Source of the DNA: a virus
DNA length: 64,000 nt
Virus record (IMG/VR): IMGVR_UViG_3300042402_001861
Span: 32,001-96,000 of that record
Strand: one strand, 5' to 3'
The notes under the pieces were generated by a model. It made no database searches and was not told the origin of the DNA. It worked only from the letters and a program-made list of their open reading frames with translations. Shown here piece by piece: positions 58,046 to 64,000 of the stretch (position 1 is the first letter of the stretch; every line of letters begins with the position of its first letter). Both the position numbers and the translations under genes were made by a program.

Positions 58046-58344
58046 TGTGAAGCCTCCATTGCTTCTTCTAGGGTGCATCGAACCATGAAGCCGGGTGTGC
58101 CTTCGCCCATCCATGCTCCAACTACATTGTGTTCCATCCATTCGATGGCTTCTTCCTCTGTGGGAATGCCTTGAGCCAAGAGTATACCAACACACTTCTG
58201 ATAGTCATAGACAAATATCGCCGGTTTTCCGACTCTTCGAATGACTCCGATGAATGCCTTCTCAAAGCCATCGGCCTTGAGTGTTTCATTCAGGTTGGGC
58301 TTGACTTCATCCCAAGTCTTCTTGGGCTTCGCTGTCTCGCTCAT
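58042..58344 (-). CDS. Conserved-type phage hypothetical protein
   Basis: 'KADGFEKAFIG...VYDYQKCVGIL...EEAIEWMEHNVVGAWMGEGTP'. Confidence 0.75.
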   Translation of the reverse strand: MSETAKPKKTWDEVKPNLNETLKADGFEKAFIGVIRRVGKPAIFVYDYQKCVGILLAQGIPTEEEAIEWMEHNVVGAWMGEGTPGFMVRCTLEEAMEASQ

Positions 58345-58972
58345 AGTCGCTTTCCTTCAACTTTCTCTGGATCTTCTTGGCCCAGATTTCCATGATTGAC
58401 AAAGGATACTCAATCGACTCAAACTTGAAGCCTCGGGCGGTGGGAGAATTGCGTCCCTTGACCAACTGCGTGTAGATGCCGTCCAACTTCATCGGGCTGA
58501 ATTCACCGATTGGTGCAACGACATTCATACCTGGCCATGCATCTGCCCGTGTGCCGATTAGGACTGCATCCTTGCGATTGGGATCCTTGAATAGGACGCA
58601 ATCCTGCCCAAACTTCTGTCCCATGCGCTTGGCGAATCCCTTCACGGCTCCTACCTGTGCAGGGCTGTTGTCCCTGCCGATGACCATGAAGGATTCCTCG
58701 GTGACCTTTACCTTCTTGTCGCCGTAATCTTCCTCGTATCGTCCGAGCATCTTGACGAACCCGAACCCCGCAGAGCGAATGTCATTTTCCAACTTTGCAT
58801 TGTTGGAACGATTGGTCTGCAAGGAGATAAGTTCTCCTGTCTGCTTGTCCTTGAATCGGAACGCAGTAAGCAGGGCAAACGGGCGATCCTTGATATGCGA
58901 AGCAACTCGCGAAAGCGAGATTTCGTTGAGTGGCTGACGGTCGAATCTGTCGTTTGTATCGTCATCATGCAT
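58307..58972 (-). CDS. Hypothetical protein (T4-like 'LNE-SLSRV' family)
   Basis: 'LNEISLSRV...FALLTAFR...LENDIRSAGFGFVKMLGRYEE...EESFMV...KFGQDCVLF'. Confidence 0.7.
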   Translation of the reverse strand: MHDDDTNDRFDRQPLNEISLSRVASHIKDRPFALLTAFRFKDKQTGELISLQTNRSNNAKLENDIRSAGFGFVKMLGRYEEDYGDKKVKVTEESFMVIGRDNSPAQVGAVKGFAKRMGQKFGQDCVLFKDPNRKDAVLIGTRADAWPGMNVVAPIGEFSPMKLDGIYTQLVKGRNSPTARGFKFESIEYPLSIMEIWAKKIQRKLKESDYERDSEAQEDLG

Positions 58973-59153
58973 CGCTTGCGCTCCCGTTTGAATCCTGATT
59001 TCTTGAGTTCTCCAACTGTATGTAGAGTCTCTTGATTTCCTCAAACGCCTTGGAAGAAGTGAACTTCCCTTCCTTCTCCAATTGCAAAATCCATGCTGTC
59101 TTTCTCGCAAACTCTCCGATGTTCGCATGGACAATGAAATCTTCAATAAGCAT
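58965..59153 (-). CDS. Hypothetical protein
   Basis: 62 aa; AAGGA SD; 'EGKFTSSKAFEEIKRLY.QL'. Confidence 0.65.
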   Translation of the reverse strand: MLIEDFIVHANIGEFARKTAWILQLEKEGKFTSSKAFEEIKRLYIQLENSRNQDSNGSASDA

Positions 59154-59181
59154 GAAAGTCCTTTCTTTGGTGACTAGTGAG

Positions 59182-59520
59182 TGGAGATGAGGGGAGTCGA
59201 ACCCCTGTGTTGAAATGACCTACGCAACGGCACCTACATGAATAGTCCCTGTCTGTTGTACTTGCCTTGGGCAGGGACACCCTTGGCAAGTTTTTCGCCG
59301 TTCATCTTATGAACCAAAGCACGGCGAAGGCTTTGTGTTCAAGTCCCGATGTCTTCGAATCGTACCCTATCGGGGTCAGTCACGATTCGTTCGCCGCTTA
59401 AGCAGCGAGGGCAAGTCTGCGGTTGGCAGTTCTTGTTTTGATTGCATTTTTACGAAGCCTAGCAATCTTCTTCGTCATGCTCCGTTGTTTTGCTCATCCA
59501 ATCGAAACCTATTCATCCCC
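59182..59520 (-). ncRNA. ssrA: tmRNA (SsrA), one-piece
   Basis: 5' GGGGATG pairs with 3' CATCTCC-A including the G3:U70 Ala determinant; T-arm AGGGG-TTCGACT-CCCCT; tag frame 59398-59427 reads GCC AAC CGC AGA CTT GCC CTC GCT GCT TAA = ANRRLALAA*; CCA not encoded. Confidence 0.95.
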
Positions 59521-59525
59521 AAAAA

Positions 59526-59635
59526 GGTTAGGAGGGATTTTCACCCTCTTTCCTGCTTCATCGGTCAATTGAGTAGACCGTTTTACGCAGGCGAGTCTCT
59601 TGTCAAGACCGTGTGTTCATACCACACCGCTAACC
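59526..59635 (-). ncRNA. Candidate structured tRNA-like ncRNA
   Basis: Nested helices GGTTAG/CTAACC, GTGTG/CACAC, CCTGC/GCAGG enclosing CGGTC/GACCG, and GAGGG-TGAAAAT-CCCTC; no ORF; ends 5 nt before ssrA. Confidence 0.55.
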
Positions 59636-59652
59636 AAACGAATCCAAGTGAA

Positions 59653-59847
59653 TTACTTGGCAACAGCAGTCGTGACGATTTGCCAAGCGGCGGTCAGCCC
59701 CTCGGCCACAAAGTTCACGCCCTGCCAAGCGAACGGCAGCAGAGCAAGCGTGATCATGAGGCTGCGGGTAACGCCGACCTTCGAAAGAAGGCACGACAAC
59801 TTGTCACAACCACCTGTGACCGGGCAACTGTTCTTAACCTTATCCAT
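59653..59847 (-). CDS. Small membrane protein with Cys-rich N-terminus
   Basis: AAGGAG SD; 'MDKVKNSCPVTGGCDKLSC...SLMITLALLPFAWQGV'. Confidence 0.75.
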   Translation of the reverse strand: MDKVKNSCPVTGGCDKLSCLLSKVGVTRSLMITLALLPFAWQGVNFVAEGLTAAWQIVTTAVAK

Positions 59848-60004
59848 TTGAATTCTCCTTTCTGGAATGGTTAATATCTCTGGTCTTCCTGACCTTGGTA
59901 CGCCTCGGCTTCTTCTTGCCGAACACAGCGTCCCAATTCTTAGACCACATCCTGTAGTCTACGGGGCGATATGAATCGCCCTTACCGGCTTCTCCGTTGA
60001 GCAT
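59840..60004 (-). CDS. 54-aa basic protein (not in the ORF track)
   Basis: MLNGEAGKGDSYRPVDYRMWSKNWDAVFGKKKPRR...; coupled to both neighbours; GKG..RP..NWD.(I/V)F pattern familiar from aquatic phages. Confidence 0.75.
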   Translation of the reverse strand: MLNGEAGKGDSYRPVDYRMWSKNWDAVFGKKKPRRTKVRKTRDINHSRKENSNG

Positions 60005-60345
60005 CAGAAATCGACCTTCTCGCGGAAGGCAGAAACCTTGAACCGAACGGAGGATAGTTTTTCCTTAGTCATCGGATCTTCCGAGTCTTCCATGAAAATC
60101 TCAGACACGAAACGACCATCCCCGACGATGCCGTACATCATCAGGTCATCACCGATTGCCACCATCGGACCACCCTCAAAGTCCGCATAGATGAGTCGCT
60201 TGTCGTTGCTTCCGCCACGCATGAAGCGACTGTGGCCTTCGATCTTGTATTCGTTCTCCGACAACTTCCATACGGTTCTGCGATCACCGTATCGGGAGTT
60301 GAATGAGGAAACGATCCAAGGAAGGATGGTATCGGTGTTGCTCAT
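60004..60345 (-). CDS. Hypothetical protein
   Basis: 'FNSRYGDRRTVWKL...YADFEGGPMVAIGD'; ATG 60345 follows the promoter. Confidence 0.75.
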   Translation of the reverse strand: MSNTDTILPWIVSSFNSRYGDRRTVWKLSENEYKIEGHSRFMRGGSNDKRLIYADFEGGPMVAIGDDLMMYGIVGDGRFVSEIFMEDSEDPMTKEKLSSVRFKVSAFREKVDF

Positions 60346-60355
60346 ATGGTCTATG

Positions 60356-60384
60356 AGTATACCCCCACCTACCAATCAGGTCAA
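60356..60384 (-). promoter_or_regulatory. Sigma70-like promoter
   Basis: TTGACC-N17-TATACT; ATG 10 nt downstream; no SD. Confidence 0.8.
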
Positions 60385-60740
60385 GCCAACCTCAACAGAT
60401 ACTTGGTCTGATTGAGGACGGCAACCATCTCGTCGCGAATATTCAAAAGATCGCTATCGCCTTCTTTGAGAATCAAGGGAAGATCATTCATCAGATAGGC
60501 AATGTAAGAATCGATCACGGACATGGCATTCGTGTCCTTATAATTCACAGCAGACATTTGAAAATTTGTCTTGGCGAGGGTGTTGCCGTACTTACCCGAA
60601 TGCACCTCAACGAATTGATCCATTAGACCGTCAAGGGCATCGTAAGCCTTGCCGAAAGCCTTGTGTTCGGCATAGGACTTGGTTTGCCAATGAAGAATCT
60701 TGAGTTGAGACTGAATGGTCAGAAAGGTATTGATGTGCAT
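60381..60740 (-). CDS. Ferritin/Dps-like four-helix protein (DUF5856-like)
   Basis: 'LKILHWQTKSYAEHKAFGKAYDALDGLMDQFVEV', 'LLNIRDEMVAVLNQTKYLL'; CTAAATA at 60760-60766. Confidence 0.8.
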   Translation of the reverse strand: MHINTFLTIQSQLKILHWQTKSYAEHKAFGKAYDALDGLMDQFVEVHSGKYGNTLAKTNFQMSAVNYKDTNAMSVIDSYIAYLMNDLPLILKEGDSDLLNIRDEMVAVLNQTKYLLRLA

Positions 60741-60793
60741 GGAATTTCTCCTGAACTTATATTTAGCACTTGTCCACGGTCCAAGTCTAGATT

Positions 60794-61027
60794 TTAGAAA
60801 TCAGGATTTGAATTTTCAGAGAGGAAGGTGCGGCTTTCGTTCATCTGCCGTTTCTTGGCATCTTCAAGAATTTTGGTGTTGGCCTCGGTGTAACCGTGGT
60901 TGTACTCGCTCCAATATGGATCGGCATTGTTGAGTGCGCTTTCAAAGAATCGACTGGCTCGCCCCATCAGGCGATCTGTCCATCCGTCACGGAAGCCCTT
61001 TCCCGGTATGTAATCGTTAGATTGCAT
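60794..61027 (-). CDS. Hypothetical protein
   Basis: GAGGAG SD; 'YIPGKGFRDGWTDRLMG...YWSEYNHGY'. Confidence 0.7.
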   Translation of the reverse strand: MQSNDYIPGKGFRDGWTDRLMGRASRFFESALNNADPYWSEYNHGYTEANTKILEDAKKRQMNESRTFLSENSNPDF

Positions 61028-61036
61028 TTCTTCTCC

Positions 61037-62050
61037 TCAATAGATGACCGAGCCGCAAGAGATCATGGCCAAGTCGCTGTTGTACATGACCTGTGCCAAC
61101 TTTCTCATGTCATATTCAGGAACCCATCCAAGTTCTTTTCGAGCCTTGGATGAATCCCCAAGTAGATATGGAACTTCGTTGGGACGCATCAGGCGAGGAT
61201 CGACGACCACATAGTCATGCCAATCCCCAAGCCCTGCATGGGTGAATACTTCATGCAAGAAGTCCTCAACTCGGTATGTCTCGCCCGTGGCAACCACATA
61301 GTCGCTTGGATTGTCCTGCTGCAACATCAGCCACATGGCCTTCACATAGTCCATGGCATGACCCCAATCTCGCTTGGCATCAAGATTTCCTAGACGCAAC
61401 TTGTCCTGCATTCCCTTGGCGATCCTTGCAGCAGCCATCGTGATCTTTCGGGTCACGAATGTCTCGCCTCGCCGTGGGCTTTCGTGGTTGAACAGGATGC
61501 CGCAGGAAGCGTGGATTCCATAAGCCTCGCGATAGACACGGACCATGTTGTGTGCATACAACTTGGCAACCGCATAGGGAGACACGGGCATCATCCTGCT
61601 GTTTTCGTTGTAACCCTTTGGTCCGAAATCCGTGCTGTCTCCGTACATTTCCGAAGACGATGCCTGATACATCTTTGTCATCGGGGAGATGGAACGAATT
61701 GCATTGAGGATGTTCTGTGTGCCTTGGCAGATTCCGTTGGTTGTGTAGTCGGGAATCTCAAAGGAAACCGCAACATGGGACTGCGCCGCAAGATTGTAGA
61801 TTTCGTCAACTTCCTCGGTCATGAGCAGATGGTTCATGAACGATGCGTCCTGAAGGTCATAGTACTTCAGGACGAAGTTTGGATGTGCAATGAGATGGTC
61901 AATGCGACCCGTGCTGATGGTCGAAGTCCTGCGCTTCAATCCAATGACACGATAGCCCTTGGAGAGGAGCAGTTCGCCAAGATAGGAACCGTCCTGTCCG
62001 TTGACCCCCGTTATTACGGCAGTCTTCTGTAGATTAGAATCTTCCTGCAT
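61037..62050 (-). CDS. gmd: GDP-mannose 4,6-dehydratase
   Basis: 'AVITGVNGQDGSYL', 'IYNLAAQSHVAVSF', 'YQASSSEMYG', 'SPYAVAK', 'GILFNHESPRRGETFVTRKIT', 'GNLDAKRDWGHA.DYV'. Confidence 0.96.
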   Translation of the reverse strand: MQEDSNLQKTAVITGVNGQDGSYLGELLLSKGYRVIGLKRRTSTISTGRIDHLIAHPNFVLKYYDLQDASFMNHLLMTEEVDEIYNLAAQSHVAVSFEIPDYTTNGICQGTQNILNAIRSISPMTKMYQASSSEMYGDSTDFGPKGYNENSRMMPVSPYAVAKLYAHNMVRVYREAYGIHASCGILFNHESPRRGETFVTRKITMAAARIAKGMQDKLRLGNLDAKRDWGHAMDYVKAMWLMLQQDNPSDYVVATGETYRVEDFLHEVFTHAGLGDWHDYVVVDPRLMRPNEVPYLLGDSSKARKELGWVPEYDMRKLAQVMYNSDLAMISCGSVIY

Positions 62051-62065
62051 GATGTACCTTTCATT

Positions 62066-62596
62066 TCAATAACCCAATGTCTTGAGTTTCTTCAAAGTAT
62101 CTTCGGTGCTGGTGTGAAGAATCCCGATTCCACCGGCAGCCTCCCACTCACGGATGTTCTGTGCAAAGTCATCAATCAGGATGTTTGGAATCCCGTTGGT
62201 CTTTGCGTAGTCTTTCTTCTGTGCCCGAAGCACAAGGTGAATCTTGCTCGGCTTGGGACTCATGTTGGCGTTGATCCAAGTCATCTTGTCTTCCTTGGAT
62301 GTCGGTTGCCAAGTCCTCGTATGTGCCGACAGAATGTGTGCGCCGTGCTTTGAGATGTATGCCCACAGACGCTTGCCATCGGACTTCCAAGGCAAATGTG
62401 CGAAAAGCCTTGGATGTTCCTTGTCGAAGATGGCCTTGTGGGTTTCAAGCCATTTCTCAAAATCAGCATTGTTCTTGAAGCAGGGGATTCCCTTGAGTTT
62501 GCACATTCCCCCGATGATGTCAACCAACACACCGTCCATGTCGCAATGGATAATGCCCTGCGGCTTCTCGTTGATGTGTTGGTGAAAGTCTCTCAT
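62066..62596 (-). CDS. HAD-family 5'(3')-deoxyribonucleotidase-like protein
   Basis: 'IIHCDMDGVLVD' motif I, 'HILSA', 'K..W', 'ILIDDFAQNIREWEAAGGIGILH'; AGAGG SD before ATG 62596. Confidence 0.85.
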   Translation of the reverse strand: MRDFHQHINEKPQGIIHCDMDGVLVDIIGGMCKLKGIPCFKNNADFEKWLETHKAIFDKEHPRLFAHLPWKSDGKRLWAYISKHGAHILSAHTRTWQPTSKEDKMTWINANMSPKPSKIHLVLRAQKKDYAKTNGIPNILIDDFAQNIREWEAAGGIGILHTSTEDTLKKLKTLGY

Positions 62597-62600
62597 CCTC

Positions 62601-62900
62601 TTATGTAGTCGGTGGCTCATTGGGCTTGGAACGCTCGTCCTTGATGAATTCCACGCCATCGACCTTGGTGAAGGTGAGGGCATAATCCACGGCTCTCTTC
62701 CAGAGTTCGTGGTCTACTTCCTTCACATACTCGCTGAACTTGAACGAAAATTCTATGAGAGCCTTGCGGACAAGGATGTCGTCTTCGTCTTCCTCGTCTT
62801 CAGGAAATTCTTCAACATCATCTTCATCTTCTTCGTCATCTCCATAAGAGGCGGCTTCTTCCTGCGGGTCGTATTCTTCTTCGTTGTCTTCAAAGTCCAT
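62601..62900 (-). CDS. Acidic hypothetical protein
   Basis: Asp/Glu-rich N-half, then 'FSEYVKEVDHELWKRAVDYA'. Confidence 0.7.
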   Translation of the reverse strand: MDFEDNEEEYDPQEEAASYGDDEEDEDDVEEFPEDEEDEDDILVRKALIEFSFKFSEYVKEVDHELWKRAVDYALTFTKVDGVEFIKDERSKPNEPPTT

Positions 62901-62907
62901 CGTTGAA

Positions 62908-62978
62908 TTCTCCCGCTAGGATTCGAACCTAGACAAGCAGGACCAAAACCTGCTGTGCTACCGTTACACTACAGGAGA
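62908..62978 (-). tRNA. tRNA-Gln(TTG)
   Basis: Acceptor TCTCCTG/CGGGAGA (U1-A72), anticodon arm GCAGG-TTTTGGT-CCTGC, T-loop GGTTCGAATCC; no CCA. Confidence 0.93.
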
Positions 62979-63037
62979 GCATTTATGCTGCCCTGCGTTG
63001 GTGATGGTTGTTCATGTGACTCATTGCGACTCAAGAA

Positions 63038-63044
63038 TATTTAG
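63038..63044 (-). promoter_or_regulatory. Late promoter box in the tRNA-Lys/tRNA-Gln spacer
   Basis: CTAAATA on -, 3 nt after the tRNA-Lys discriminator base. Confidence 0.55.
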
Positions 63045-63047
63045 GAA

Positions 63048-63120
63048 TGCTCTCGGCGGGACTTGAACCCACAACCAATTGATTAAAAGTCAACTGCGCT
63101 ACCGATTGCGCTACGAGAGC
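63048..63120 (-). tRNA. tRNA-Lys(TTT)
   Basis: Acceptor GCTCTCG/CGAGAGC, anticodon loop CTTTTAA, T-loop GGTTCAAGTCC; no CCA. Confidence 0.95.
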
Positions 63121-63124
63121 GTAG

Positions 63125-63197
63125 CGTCCCTGACTGGATTCGAACCAGTAGCCTACTGCTTAGAAGGCAGTTGCACTATCCATTATGCTACAGGGAC
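63125..63197 (-). tRNA. tRNA-Arg(TCT)
   Basis: Acceptor GTCCCTG/CAGGGAC, anticodon arm ACTGC-CTTCTAA-GCAGT, T-loop GGTTCGAATCC; no CCA. Confidence 0.95.
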
Positions 63198-63210
63198 ATT
63201 TCTCTCCCCG

Positions 63211-63489
63211 TCATTTGCTTTCAACAATCTCACGCACCGTTTCAAACTTGATGATCGAATCGATGCGGAACGAACGCCAAGCGGACTTGTCCGTGTCCCA
63301 TGCCACGATATGGTCGTTGCTTTCTGTGAGCCCACGATTCTTCTTCGTGGACGAAGAGGGTTCCTTCGGTGGCGGAAGGATTGATTCATGAAGCGTACAA
63401 GTCATGTCACGCTCCGTGCCGTCAACCTTCTTGAACTTGACTGAGCAGATTCCGATCTTCAGATTGTCGATGATTTCTTGCTTGTTCAT
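63211..63489 (-). CDS. WYL_2/DUF2693-like SH3 beta-barrel protein
   Basis: 'ICSVKFKKVDGTERDMTCTL', 'VAWDTDKSAWRSFRIDSI'. Confidence 0.8.
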   Translation of the reverse strand: MNKQEIIDNLKIGICSVKFKKVDGTERDMTCTLHESILPPPKEPSSSTKKNRGLTESNDHIVAWDTDKSAWRSFRIDSIIKFETVREIVESK

Positions 63490-63493
63490 GGTG

Positions 63494-63607
63494 TTACTTC
63501 TTTGGCTGCTTTGGCTTCTTCGGTGCCGCTGCCTTCTTTGGTGCCTTCGTCTTCTTCGGTGCTACTGCCTTCTTTGGCCCTACGGGTTTCTTTGGCTTAA
63601 TTGCCAT
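63494..63607 (-). CDS. 37-aa histone-H1-like Lys/Ala/Pro peptide
   Basis: GGAG SD, then MAIKPKKPVGPKKAVAPKKTKAPKKAAAPKKPKQPKK*. Confidence 0.75.
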   Translation of the reverse strand: MAIKPKKPVGPKKAVAPKKTKAPKKAAAPKKPKQPKK

Positions 63608-64000
63608 CTCCAAACAACCTCCACTTTCGGCTGAAAGTCTTCCACTTCGTGATGTCATCATCCTGCGACTTGATCTCGTCCTTGGGATGATACACACCGT
63701 TGTCCCACTCGGGTGCTTCCTGCTGTTCGTCCTCGTATTGCTTGAGTTCTTCCTCAAATTCATCAAGGACTTCGTGGATCATCTTGGCCTTGAACTGCAA
63801 AATCACGCAGTCTCGCTCATCGGCGTTCTTGGCCTGAAGCAATTCTGCAATGATGTCGATTGGCACCGCCACATTCTTGGCCTTGCATAGAGTGCCGAAC
63901 ATATCGATGATGCACAGATAAGCGGAGATGCGCTCGTTCTGACGGTCGATCAGAACCCGCTGCTTGTCCACGATGCTCTTCAGCAGGGTGTTGGAATTGT
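63597..64000 (-). CDS. Hypothetical protein, 5'-truncated by the window edge
   Basis: Frame stays open to the right edge (…NSNTLLKSIVDKQRVL…). Confidence 0.65.
   Translation of the reverse strand, partial: NSNTLLKSIVDKQRVLIDRQNERISAYLCIIDMFGTLCKAKNVAVPIDIIAELLQAKNADERDCVILQFKAKMIHEVLDEFEEELKQYEDEQQEAPEWDNGVYHPKDEIKSQDDDITKWKTFSRKWRLFGDGN

Noticed and set aside
59545-59570. Hammerhead ribozyme in the candidate ncRNA (CCGATGA...GAAA on -)
   Set aside because: The core is CCGAUGA rather than CUGAUGA, and there is no room for stem II between it and GAAA.
59580-59606. TTGACA on - as a promoter for ssrA
   Set aside because: The best -10 (TAAAAC) is at a 15-nt spacing and far from the tmRNA 5' end; the hexamer sits inside a predicted hairpin.
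63608-63766. N-terminal part of track ORF 63494-63766
   Set aside because: It overlaps the upstream gene in another frame; the SD supports ATG 63607 as the real start.
1-64000. Stop-codon reassignment and CRISPR arrays
   Set aside because: Core genes are full length in code 11 with TAA, TGA and TAG all used as stops (gp17 ends in TAG); no regularly spaced direct repeats were seen.

Overview
The whole window is part of a T4-like (myovirus) phage genome, read in standard code 11. No host DNA, CRISPR array, intron, intein or transposase was seen. From 1 to 49711 on the + strand is the virion morphogenesis module: baseplate hub-like gene, gp5 without lysozyme, PAAR, putative T-type holin, gp25, gp6, gp7, gp8, a VrlC-like protein, fibre and LamG adhesin cassettes, a GT2-TPR glycosyltransferase, gp13-gp23 and two gp3 paralogues. 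It is followed by uvsY, uvsW, gp55, gp47 and gp46. From 49715 to 64000 on the - strand is an accessory region: a large modular putative internal-head polyprotein, a P-loop kinase, a PEP-CTERM-like protein, a deaminase, a tmRNA with an adjacent unannotated structured RNA, a ferritin-like protein, gmd, a HAD nucleotidase, three tRNAs, a WYL-like protein and a histone-H1-like peptide. Sixteen (C/A)TAAATA late-promoter boxes and three TTGAC(C/T)-N16/17-TATACT promoters were located by eye. Best leads: (1) a protease-processed cargo polyprotein plus capsid-targeted enzymes, (2) a possible virion-wide Thr O-glycosylation system, (3) a tRNA-like ncRNA upstream of ssrA, and (4) a phage-encoded VPAPG-type exosortase substrate that hints at a Planctomycetota host. 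All family assignments come from recognising motifs and gene order; no database search was run.
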